Sequence record: OP617745.1
DNA: 64,000 nucleotides
Reading direction: 5' to 3' (one strand)
Shown here: piece by piece, positions 21,504 to 29,401 of the stretch
Layout: each line of letters opens with the position of its first letter
Numbering within the stretch: the stretch's first letter is position 1
Made by a program: the position numbers and the translations under genes
Notes under the pieces: model-generated
What the model saw: the letters and a program-made list of their open reading frames with translations, nothing else
What the model was told of the DNA's origin: nothing
Databases searched by the model: none

Positions 21504-21523
21504 CTCATTAAATAGTCAATGGA

Positions 21524-22357
21524 TTGACACAAATGGCAAGAAAAGACATATTAGAACAAAAAGAATTAATATTAGATTTAATTTCCAAGAATACTACAAA
21601 ATCAACAATATGTAAGATTTTAAATTGTAAATCATCAACGTTAGATACGTATTTGAAAAAGATGGGTATTATATATAAAGGAAATCAATCTGGTAAAGGT
21701 AAAAAGAAGGGGATACATTCAAAATATGTCGAAGCTTCTAAATTTCTTAATAAAAATTCATCAATTAGTTCTAATCAATTAAAAAGAAAATTATTGAGAG
21801 AAGGATATTTTGAACACAAATGTTCAAAATGTGGATTAACTGAATGGATGGGTAAACCAATACCAATCGAACTTGAACATAAAGATGGTGATAACACCAA
21901 TAATGAAATAGAAAACTTATGTTTACTGTGTCCAAATTGTCATGCACAAACTGATACATATAAAGGTAAAAATATTAAATCAGTTCGTGAAAAGAAACAT
22001 ATACAAGAAATATTAGATTTTGAAAATTCTTTTGAACGTTCAAAAATAAAAGAACCAATAGAAAATAAAAAGAGAATTCTCAAAATCAAAGAAATTAAAA
22101 AGTGTGAGGAATGCGGTAATGAATATACTGGAAGATCCAAAAAATATTGTTCACATGCTTGTCTTCATTTATCACAAAGAAAATTTAATTTGACATATGA
22201 AGAATTAAAAGATATAATATGGAAATATCCAAGAACAAAAATTGGTGAAATGTATAATGTTTCGGATAATACTGTTCTTAAACGTTGTAGACTGCTAGGT
22301 ATAGAAGTTCCACCATTAGGATATTTTTTAAGTTCAGAATATAAAGATAAAAATTAG
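21524..22357 (+). CDS. free-standing HNH homing endonuclease
   Basis: CSKC...ELEHKDGDNTNNEIENLCLLCPNCH plus C-terminal Zn/HTH modules. Confidence 0.9.
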   Translation: MTQMARKDILEQKELILDLISKNTTKSTICKILNCKSSTLDTYLKKMGIIYKGNQSGKGKKKGIHSKYVEASKFLNKNSSISSNQLKRKLLREGYFEHKCSKCGLTEWMGKPIPIELEHKDGDNTNNEIENLCLLCPNCHAQTDTYKGKNIKSVREKKHIQEILDFENSFERSKIKEPIENKKRILKIKEIKKCEECGNEYTGRSKKYCSHACLHLSQRKFNLTYEELKDIIWKYPRTKIGEMYNVSDNTVLKRCRLLGIEVPPLGYFLSSEYKDKN

Positions 22358-22391
22358 TACTTAATTATTCAGTACTAAATACACCAACAAA

Positions 22392-22467
<76 letters not shown>

Positions 22468-22472
22468 AATTC

Positions 22473-22568
22473 AACAGGTAGTAACGCTCTTAGGTGTACA
22501 TTAATATAGGAATAAGGGTTAACAGTACTGTACACAAACGAGTAACCCCGAAAGACCCGAAACCTGTT
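22473..22568 (+). ncRNA. pseudoknot-containing structured RNA candidate
   Basis: AACAGGT/ACCTGTT closing stem, GTGTACA/TGTACAC stem, loop GGTTAAC complementary to downstream GTAACC. Confidence 0.5.
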
Positions 22569-22578
22569 AAAGTTTTAC

Positions 22579-22628
22579 GGATGATTATAAATCTGAATTG
22601 ACAGAAACAGCTAAAACTGTTATTATCC
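22579..22628 (+). ncRNA. 50-nt three-way-junction motif, copy 1
   Basis: GGATGAT-TATAAA-TCTG AATTGA CAGA-AACAG CTAAAA CTGTT-ATTATCC. Confidence 0.7.
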
Positions 22629-22636
22629 TATTTTAT

Positions 22637-22821
22637 TCCACAATCAGACGTATATGGTGTAAGTTACGTCGATGAAATCCAGAACAAGATCTCTGGTACT
22701 CTAGGAAGTGGTGAATGTTAACCTAGACGGGTTTGTTAATTGGACGATAAGCAATTAATACTTGACTAGCAGGTTTAAACTAGAGGTGACTGTCCTTCAC
22801 TATACTGGAAAACCGGGTGGA
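22637..22821 (+). ncRNA. multi-hairpin structured RNA candidate
   Basis: TCCAC/GTGGA closes hairpins GACGTA/TACGTC, CCAGA/TCTGG, CTAGG/CCTAG, TTAATTG/CAATTAA, CTAG/CTAG, GTGA/TCAC. Confidence 0.5.
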
Positions 22822-22830
22822 CTTTTAATT

Positions 22831-22867
22831 AAAAAGTGTTGAACAAAATGTTCAATAATGATATAAT
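22831..22867 (+). promoter_or_regulatory. tRNA-cluster promoter with TTGAAC-N5-GTTCAA palindrome
   Basis: TTGAAC-17-TATAAT with inverted repeat over -35. Confidence 0.8.
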
Positions 22868-22958
22868 AAGTATCAATGTAAGGCATGGAACAATGTTTAC
22901 AGAAGTTACTTAGTAGCCTGTACGCCCCATGTCAAGGTAGCCGAAAGGCAAGTTTAAT

Positions 22959-23008
22959 GGGTGGTTATAAATCTGAATTGACAGAGACTATTAAAACAGT
23001 CACCATCC
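22959..23008 (+). ncRNA. 50-nt three-way-junction motif, copy 2
   Basis: GGGTGGT-TATAAA-TCTG AATTGA CAGA-GACT..AGTC-ACCATCC. Confidence 0.7.
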
Positions 23009-23194
23009 AAATTTTAATTTAATAGTTTAGTATGAATAAAAAACAAATACATAAACATTATGATGAAATTGCAGTGAAGGTTTTTCGTGGTGAATTAGGT
23101 TATAAACCATCTGTTAAATCTAAATATTCAAAATCTTCTTCAATAAAGTTCAATCATAAAATAGAGTTTAAATAATACTGGACAATAATATATA

Positions 23195-23644
23195 ATGAAT
23201 ATCACTAATGTAAAAGATTTTTTAGAATATTTTATTAAGAATACTCGTGCACGTGATGAATTAGAAAAGAATGGATTCATCCAAGGTTACGATTGCACTA
23301 ATTTCTTTTATACTATAGATAAACATGAATATTATGTCGATGCAATTTTAATTGATGATGATGGGTATTGTGTTGGATTTTCGTTCGAAGATATATCACA
23401 AGATGCACCAATAAACTTTTATGCATTATATTATAATAAAAAAGATAATATTTTGAAATTAGGATTTACCAGTGACACGGATGAAGATGTTGTATTCAAT
23501 TGTAACACATGGTTGGAACATGATTCATTCTTTCAAAGTACATTAATTCATAACTTTATGACAACAGATTTAGAGTACTGGAAAAATTGCATAGAATTAC
23601 TTAATGTAATTTATAATGAACAAATCAAACAAAAATGGCAATAA
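23195..23644 (+). CDS. FQxS(T/L) C-terminal-motif family protein
   Basis: WLEHDSFFQSTLIHNF.TTDLEYWKNC. Confidence 0.8.
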   Translation: MNITNVKDFLEYFIKNTRARDELEKNGFIQGYDCTNFFYTIDKHEYYVDAILIDDDGYCVGFSFEDISQDAPINFYALYYNKKDNILKLGFTSDTDEDVVFNCNTWLEHDSFFQSTLIHNFMTTDLEYWKNCIELLNVIYNEQIKQKWQ

Positions 23645-23700
23645 TCACAGAACGGTTCAGCATTTGGTAGTATGTTTGACTGAATAAAGCATAAACGTGT

Positions 23701-23737
23701 AAAAAAGTGTTGAACAAAAAGTTCAGTACTATATAAT
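23701..23737 (+). promoter_or_regulatory. tRNA-cluster promoter
   Basis: TTGAAC AAAAA GTTCAG..TATAAT. Confidence 0.75.
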
Positions 23738-23748
23738 TGACTTACTAC

Positions 23749-23822
23749 GTCCCCTTAGTTCAGTTGGATAGAACAACTGCCTTCTAAGCAGTAGGTCACT
23801 GGTTCGAGTCCAGTAGGGGATA
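23749..23822 (+). tRNA. tRNA-Arg (UCU)
   Basis: GTCCCCT/AGGGGAT, ACTGC-CTTCTAA-GCAGT, GGTTCGAGTCC. Confidence 0.92.
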
Positions 23823-23869
23823 TACCATACAATATGGGAATAGTTAGAAGATATTCCCAATTTTAATTT

Positions 23870-23907
23870 AAAAAAGTGTTGAACAAAAAGTTCAATAATG
23901 ATATAAT
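23870..23907 (+). promoter_or_regulatory. tRNA-cluster promoter
   Basis: TTGAAC AAAAA GTTCAA..TGATATAAT. Confidence 0.8.
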
Positions 23908-23970
23908 GGTATTATAAAAGGTTGTAATACTTAATATTAACTTTTAAGAAGATAATTAGTATTATACACA

Positions 23971-24062
<92 letters not shown>

Positions 24063-24074
24063 TAAAATTCAATT

Positions 24075-24112
24075 AAAAAAGTGTTGAACAAAAAGTTCAA
24101 TGCTGATATAAT
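24075..24112 (+). promoter_or_regulatory. tRNA-cluster promoter
   Basis: TTGAAC AAAAA GTTCAA..TGATATAAT. Confidence 0.8.
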
Positions 24113-24120
24113 AAAAGAAT

Positions 24121-24211
<91 letters not shown>

Positions 24212-24219
24212 GATTTTAT

Positions 24220-24269
24220 GGATAGTTATAAAGTTGAATTAACAGCGACACTTAAAATTGTCACTATCC
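24220..24269 (+). ncRNA. 50-nt three-way-junction motif, copy 3
   Basis: GGATAGT-TATAAA-GTTG AATTAA CAGC-GACA..TGTC-ACTATCC. Confidence 0.7.
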
Positions 24270-24284
24270 AAATTTTAATTTAAA

Positions 24285-24319
24285 TAGTACTTGACAAAAA
24301 TGTTCAGTACTGATACAAT
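24285..24319 (+). promoter_or_regulatory. promoter of intron-containing tRNA
   Basis: TTGACA-17-TACAAT with GTTCAG half site. Confidence 0.7.
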
Positions 24320-24329
24320 AAAGAATATT

Positions 24330-24640
24330 GGCCCCTTAGCTCACGCTTTGGTTAGAGCAGACGACTCATCGATAAATGGTGACTTTCACAAGTAATTGTG
24401 ATTGAAAAACTGGATGAATTCAGGGAAACCTTAACACATAATGGTGATGGCAATCCTGAGCCAAGCCCAATAAGCGTATTGGGAAGGTGCAGAGACTAGG
24501 TGGTTCAGCACGATCTTGCTGTGTAATACACCAATAGCGTCCGGCATCCTTATAGGATGATGATATAGTCCTTTCTATAATGAAAATTATAGGTAAAAAG
24601 AATCGTTTGGTACTGTGTTCGACTCACAGAGGGGCCACCA
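24330..24640 (+). tRNA. tRNA-Ile2 (CAU, ileX-like) split by a group I intron; exons 24330..24369 and 24601..24640
   Basis: Joined exons give GGCCCCT/AGGGGCC acceptor, GACGA-CTCAT^AA-TCGTT anticodon arm, T arm and ACCA, closely like E. coli ileX. Confidence 0.88.
24370..24600 (+). mobile_element. group I intron (IC3-like), 231 nt, no ORF
   Basis: Preceded by U, ends in G; P1 TCAT^CG/TGGTGA with U.G; P3 CTGGATG/CGTCCGG; TCAGGGAAACC, GGCAATCCTGAGCCAAG, GAAGGTGCAGAGACTA, GATATAGTCC cores; P9 CTATAAT-GAAA-ATTATAG. Confidence 0.92.
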
Positions 24641-24643
24641 CAC

Positions 24644-24719
24644 ATTGTACTCTTCTCCCGTAAGGAGAATGACAAAAAGCTATCCTAAAGATAGAAAGCC
24701 TGAATTAACAGGGTGCAAT
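24644..24719 (+). ncRNA. permuted variant of the 50-nt motif
   Basis: ATTGTAC/GTGCAAT closes TTCTCC/GGAGAA, CTATC-CTAAA-GATAG and CCTG-AATTAA-CAGG hairpins. Confidence 0.55.
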
Positions 24720-24730
24720 TAAAATACATT

Positions 24731-24805
24731 GGTTCGTTGGCCTATTGGTCGGGCAGCAAACTGTTAATTTGCCTCAAACTAGTTCAATTCTAGTACGAAC
24801 CGCCA
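24731..24805 (+). tRNA. tRNA-Asn (GUU)
   Basis: GGTTCGT/ACGAACC, GCAAA-CTGTTAA-TTTGC, GCCA end. Confidence 0.92.
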
Positions 24806-24849
24806 TTTTTAATCCGAATGAACTGTAGTTCGATAAATAACATTAATAT

Positions 24850-25419
24850 ATGTTATTAAAGGACTACATTTTCATGGGAAGAAAACAATCAGAAGAAACA
24901 AAAAATAGAATTTCACAAGCTTTAAAAAATAAATCAATATCTCTTCCAGTCGAAGAAGTTATTGAAAAATATAAAAGTGGAATATCTATTGTAAAATTAT
25001 CACAGTACTATAAATGCAGTAAGTCAAAAATAAGTTCTATACTAAACGATAATAATATAAAATCAAATAGAATTTTAAATAAGAACAAGTTATGTGATAA
25101 ACATAACATTGAACATATACAACAACCAAATGGCAAATGGGTATGTTCACAATGTAATACTGAAAGAGTTTCTGAAAGACGTAGACAATTAAAAATCTTG
25201 GCAGTAGAATATAAAGGTGGATGTTGTGAAAAATGTGGATATAATAAATGCATAGCTGCGTTAGAATTTCATCACTTAGATCCTTCACAAAAAGATTTTT
25301 CTATTAGTAAAGAAGGAGTCACTCGTTCTTTTGATAAAATTAAAACAGAACTTGATAAATGTATTATGGTTTGTGCTAATTGTCATCGTGAAATTCATGA
25401 TGAAGAAAGAAAAGAATAA
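24850..25419 (+). CDS. free-standing HNH homing endonuclease
   Basis: NUMOD3-like GRKQSEETKNRIS, HTH, CEKCGY..C..ALEFHHLDP...LDKCIMVCANCHREIH. Confidence 0.9.
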   Translation: MLLKDYIFMGRKQSEETKNRISQALKNKSISLPVEEVIEKYKSGISIVKLSQYYKCSKSKISSILNDNNIKSNRILNKNKLCDKHNIEHIQQPNGKWVCSQCNTERVSERRRQLKILAVEYKGGCCEKCGYNKCIAALEFHHLDPSQKDFSISKEGVTRSFDKIKTELDKCIMVCANCHREIHDEERKE

Positions 25420-25487
25420 TGGGACATGTAGACGATAACACCAATATACTTCCAAAGGGTTGTGAGGTGCGTAATATTCCCACCAAT

Positions 25488-25617
25488 TTTGGACAAATCG
25501 TACTGAATTAGTACTGTAATAATAGACACTTATTGCTGTAAACTGGAATGCGGTATACATTCCTTCAGATACAGAGTGTGACAATACGATGTTAAAGGTA
25601 TCCTTTGACTGTCCAAA
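25488..25617 (+). ncRNA. branched structured RNA candidate
   Basis: TTTGGACA/TGTCCAAA, ATCGTA/TACGAT, ACACT/AGTGT, GAATG/CATTC, GTTAAAGG/CCTTTGAC. Confidence 0.55.
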
Positions 25618-25641
25618 TTAATTTAAATGGAGTACTGAATA

Positions 25642-25842
25642 ATGTCCAAATATGTTAATCGACAAAAACGAAAAGCACGTTCCAAGGATGAAATTCTACA
25701 GTTGATACAAAAAAATCAAAAAGATGTAGTTATTGAAGAATATATTTTTCAGTATGGTAATCAACGAGGAATGGTACAAGAAAGTAATGGTAAGTATCAT
25801 TCTGAGCATTACGATCTTATTAAAAGAATTCTATTGAAATAA
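25642..25842 (+). CDS. hypothetical protein
   Basis: ORF with GGAG RBS. Confidence 0.65.
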   Translation: MSKYVNRQKRKARSKDEILQLIQKNQKDVVIEEYIFQYGNQRGMVQESNGKYHSEHYDLIKRILLK

Positions 25843-25852
25843 GGAGAATTAC

Positions 25853-26047
25853 ATGTTTTGGAACCTAGTTTGTTTATTTGGTCGTACATTTGTATTAGCT
25901 GTTATTCATTCTCCTGGTATTAAAAACTTTGTTTCATACGAATTCAAAGAATCGTATCACAATAATACTGAAAAGCGTTCAGTTCAAATGTGCAAAGACT
26001 TTGGCATTGAGATGAAAGAGCCATTCAAAAAATATAGTGATGAATAA
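25853..26047 (+). CDS. hypothetical protein
   Basis: ORF with AGGAG RBS. Confidence 0.65.
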   Translation: MFWNLVCLFGRTFVLAVIHSPGIKNFVSYEFKESYHNNTEKRSVQMCKDFGIEMKEPFKKYSDE

Positions 26048-26079
26048 AGAAAGTAATCAATAATACCTATCATCTAATA

Positions 26080-26192
26080 TCAGTACTGATGCGTATCAGC
26101 AGATGGCTTGATGGGCAGTACTGACAGGATACATCGTTCGCCGGGTGCGGGTTCGGTGGATATACGTAAAGTCGTATTGGGTATGCCAAATA
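26080..26192 (+). ncRNA. GC-rich structured RNA candidate
   Basis: TCAGTACTG/CAGTACTGA, TTCGCCG/CGGTGGA, TACG/CGTA, TTGG/CCAA stems in an AT-rich background. Confidence 0.45.
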
Positions 26193-26208
26193 TAATAATA
26201 AAAATATG

Positions 26209-26289
26209 TAATAATGTGATAGCTCAAATAGGTAGAGCGGGAGGCCATAGTGCTGACTGGTTTGTGAGTTCAATTCTCACCCATTATTA
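26209..26289 (+). pseudogene. pseudo-tRNA / tRNA-like element
   Basis: D arm GCTC-AAATAGGTA-GAGC and T arm GTGAG-TTCAATT-CTCAC intact; acceptor shifted, no valid 7-nt anticodon loop. Confidence 0.7.
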
Positions 26290-26352
26290 ATAAAATTGTA
26301 AGCTACCCTGTTATTTGGGTAGCTTTTTCTTTTTATAACAAGAGAGATTATC

Positions 26353-26769
26353 ATGAGTAATGTTACTTTACTGAATATTTTACAAGAATGCTATGAAAAA
26401 CTTGAAAATTCCAATCCAAGTGTCATATTCAACTCATCATTTGATAATTATTCTACTTCAAATTATAAAGCAAAAATTTTAGTATATAATCACTTTGATT
26501 TATCATCATTAAGTGATTGTAGTAACATTTACTTACACATTTGTGACTACAATGATGATAGTGGATATACTATGACGATTGATATTTACAAAGGATATTT
26601 TTATTATAAAAATAAAAAATTTGACAATTTTGAAAATTTATTCCCATTGACTGAAGATACGATGTTTCAGTACTCAACACTTTATGACACATCCTCCTTG
26701 ACAATGGATGAGTTAAATTTTATAATGTCTATCAGTTTGGATATTCCAATTTATGAAGCAGCATTATAA
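26353..26769 (+). CDS. FQxS(T/L) C-terminal-motif family protein
   Basis: LTEDTMFQYSTLYD. Confidence 0.8.
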   Translation: MSNVTLLNILQECYEKLENSNPSVIFNSSFDNYSTSNYKAKILVYNHFDLSSLSDCSNIYLHICDYNDDSGYTMTIDIYKGYFYYKNKKFDNFENLFPLTEDTMFQYSTLYDTSSLTMDELNFIMSISLDIPIYEAAL

Positions 26770-26786
26770 AATCTAGGAGCATTTTT

Positions 26787-26945
26787 ATGAAAATTAAGTG
26801 TTTTGTATGTGATTGTGAAATTGATGAAAAGCATGTATATGGCGAATGGGATGATTACTGCTCTGACTGCTGGGAATCTGAAGGACGTGATGCAGAACGA
26901 TGGGAAGATGAGAGTGAATGGGATGAGGATGAGGATGAAGAATAA
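26787..26945 (+). CDS. 52-aa zinc-finger protein with acidic tail (not in ORF track)
   Basis: AGGAG RBS; MKIKCFVCDCE...YCSDCWE...WDEDEDEE. Confidence 0.7.
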   Translation: MKIKCFVCDCEIDEKHVYGEWDDYCSDCWESEGRDAERWEDESEWDEDEDEE

Positions 26946-27041
26946 ACGTATGTTTAAAGTACTGTTTCTTCATGCGTTTTAATTTATAGAGGCTGATTCA
27001 TTGAATCGGCCATTTTCTTTGTTAAAAAAAGAGATAAAAAT

Positions 27042-27449
27042 ATGAAAAAATTTCTTTCAAAAGAACACGAAAAAAATATTCTTAATGCATTGAGTGTATT
27101 TCCAGAGAGTGTTATAAGTAATAATAAGAATTCTACATATTATTATGGTAAAGGCAATTGGTTTTATTTTAGCGACAGTTCATATATGTGTGTATTAAAT
27201 CTATGTACTGAAGAATATTCTTATTGTTTAAGGATCGATCCTGGTCATAAATTAATCCTACTATGCGAAAAGAATTATGAATTTTATGAAAGTGATATAG
27301 ATGATACTGATTCATATATTAGTTATTTTTATCTTGAAGAAGAAAATTATTTTATGGATAGTACTGTGAATGAAATTACTATTCCTTTTAGTATAATGAA
27401 ACGTTCGCATGAATTTCTAAAATACAGCAGAGAAAAATTTCATGACTGA
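27042..27449 (+). CDS. FQxS(T/L) C-terminal-motif family protein
   Basis: LEEENYFMDSTVNE. Confidence 0.75.
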   Translation: MKKFLSKEHEKNILNALSVFPESVISNNKNSTYYYGKGNWFYFSDSSYMCVLNLCTEEYSYCLRIDPGHKLILLCEKNYEFYESDIDDTDSYISYFYLEEENYFMDSTVNEITIPFSIMKRSHEFLKYSREKFHD

Positions 27450-27831
27450 TATAAATGAAGTTATAGAGCATTTTTATAATTGGGTACTAACGGATCCAAT
27501 AAAAACTGGATTAATTGAAAAATATAACTGCTCTATGTATTCTTATTGTTCAAATAAAGCTACGATGTATAGTAAGGATGTTGATAATTATTTACTAATC
27601 TCTGACTATGTAGTTTATGATGTATTTGACAATGAAATTGTCATTGATGGTGGTGATGTTGATATTGTAAAATTACATGATATAGATTTCTCATGTACTG
27701 AATCAGCGGCGTTTCAATTAAGCACATTATATGATTTCCGATGCAGTACCGAGAATATAGCATTACTTCTTGAAATTGTACTTATATTGAGAAAAAAGAC
27801 AGAAAGCAGAAAACAAAGGAATTTTTTATAA
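27442..27831 (+). CDS. FQxS(T/L) C-terminal-motif family protein
   Basis: CTESAAFQLSTLYDF. Confidence 0.8.
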   Translation: MTDINEVIEHFYNWVLTDPIKTGLIEKYNCSMYSYCSNKATMYSKDVDNYLLISDYVVYDVFDNEIVIDGGDVDIVKLHDIDFSCTESAAFQLSTLYDFRCSTENIALLLEIVLILRKKTESRKQRNFL

Positions 27832-28277
27832 TGAATATTACTAATGTTAAACTAATTTTTGAAAACTGTGAAGCAATAGACATTCCTTTTAATGATATAT
27901 TGTTTTTGCATATAGGGAAAGAGTACAAAAAAACACATAGAACTTTTAATTCTTTGTCTATAGAAACAGTTTTAAAAGAATTTGCTATTGCACTGAATAA
28001 GGATATTGAATGTAATTTCTGGAATAACCAGAGCATCGAAGAAAGACTTGCTATGCGTGATATAACATGGGTAGAACTGTGTAATAATAATGAGAAAGTA
28101 TCATATTATATTGAATGGCCTGAATACGATGAACATTATAGTACTGCACAACGTTTGCAGTACACACCAGATGGTAATTTAATTTTTACCAGTTCTACTC
28201 AATCATTCATCAAAATCGAAACTGATGATATCGATCATATGGCTAAATCAATTGGGATGTACGGACATGAAAAATGA
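27831..28277 (+). CDS. hypothetical protein
   Basis: TAATG coupling. Confidence 0.75.
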   Translation: MNITNVKLIFENCEAIDIPFNDILFLHIGKEYKKTHRTFNSLSIETVLKEFAIALNKDIECNFWNNQSIEERLAMRDITWVELCNNNEKVSYYIEWPEYDEHYSTAQRLQYTPDGNLIFTSSTQSFIKIETDDIDHMAKSIGMYGHEK

Positions 28278-28710
28278 AAACGACGAGGATTTTATAAAAA
28301 TTCATTTAAAAAGAACCTGGACAGATGTTACATCAGGTGATATAATGAACGTAGAATATAGCACAGAAAAGATTTTAGTTAAAAACCAACTTAATGCAAA
28401 TGATGAAGCAAATGATTTCATTGAAAAAAATGTTGGCGTTTATGTTCTTGATGGAATAGAATATAAAACTGAACTCATCGAGAAGGATGTTATGCAAGAT
28501 AAACAGGTCTTTTTAACTAAAGAACAAATGTTCGATTTTATTCTCAATAATACTGTGACAATCATTCCAGATAACACCATCTGGACTGATGAAAATGGTA
28601 ATAAAGTCAAAAAGAAATATACGGTATCGATTAATTCAACATCAATGAGTGGGTTTGACTTAGAAGATGCTATTAATTACTACGTAAACAATAGGAGTTC
28701 AATGAAATGA
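28225..28710 (+). CDS. hypothetical protein
   Basis: Tiled ORF; start probably near 28267. Confidence 0.7.
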   Translation: MISIIWLNQLGCTDMKNENDEDFIKIHLKRTWTDVTSGDIMNVEYSTEKILVKNQLNANDEANDFIEKNVGVYVLDGIEYKTELIEKDVMQDKQVFLTKEQMFDFILNNTVTIIPDNTIWTDENGNKVKKKYTVSINSTSMSGFDLEDAINYYVNNRSSMK

Positions 28711-29036
28711 TATTCATCATTGTAGCAGTTATTTGTTGTGTTACGGTTATTATATGTAAATCAATTCAGGTAAAAAGTTATCATAAAGCACTGGAGATGG
28801 AAAAGAATTTATATAGTACTGAAATTCTTTGTGAAGACCCTAATGCGAAAAAATCACCATATTCACTAACAAGAGAACTCCATGTAGAATCAGAAACATG
28901 GGGATGGACTGTAAACAGAAACGGTGAAAAAGTCAAAAGTTCAAATGGTTATTATCAAATTCTCAACTTAGATAAAGCACAAGAACTGATGAATACTATG
29001 GAAAAAATTGATGGATACAAAATAACCAAATTTTAA
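28707..29036 (+). CDS. membrane-anchored hypothetical protein
   Basis: N-terminal TM helix. Confidence 0.7.
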   Translation: MIFIIVAVICCVTVIICKSIQVKSYHKALEMEKNLYSTEILCEDPNAKKSPYSLTRELHVESETWGWTVNRNGEKVKSSNGYYQILNLDKAQELMNTMEKIDGYKITKF

Positions 29037-29053
29037 TCCAGGAGAAAATATAT

Positions 29054-29392
29054 ATGGATATTAGTAGTACTATAAAATTCTTGGCAGAGAATTTTGAAAA
29101 GATTATCACAAGGGGTGGTTTAATAGTTCACCCCAATACGAATATTATGTATCAAATTAGGTTTGACACTCAGTCTTACGATCAAGTACTTGTATTTTCC
29201 AAGTTCAATGATTATAAAGAAGTAGTGATGTTTTGTTGTACAGAATTTGGTGTATATATCAAAGATACTGAAACTCAAACAATTTCCCATTACTTTTACC
29301 ATACATTAATGGGTACTGATTTATTTGGTCTTAAATTTAATGATTTGGCTAATTTACATTACATGTTCAAACACTATCCACACACTAACTAA
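29054..29392 (+). CDS. hypothetical protein
   Basis: AGGAG RBS. Confidence 0.7.
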   Translation: MDISSTIKFLAENFEKIITRGGLIVHPNTNIMYQIRFDTQSYDQVLVFSKFNDYKEVVMFCCTEFGVYIKDTETQTISHYFYHTLMGTDLFGLKFNDLANLHYMFKHYPHTN

Positions 29393-29401
29393 GGAAGTAC
29401 A

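Noticed and set aside
21406-21615. 69-aa ORF
   Set aside because: It overlaps tRNA-Leu and the HNH gene.
22579-22628. Hammerhead ribozyme reading of the 50-nt motif (CTGA..GA..GAAA)
   Set aside because: There is no stem II, extra bases lie before CUGA, and the GAAA is not conserved in copies 2 and 3 (GAGA, GCGA).
26108-26290. 60-aa ORF
   Set aside because: It overlaps the structured RNA and pseudo-tRNA, has no RBS and an atypical composition.
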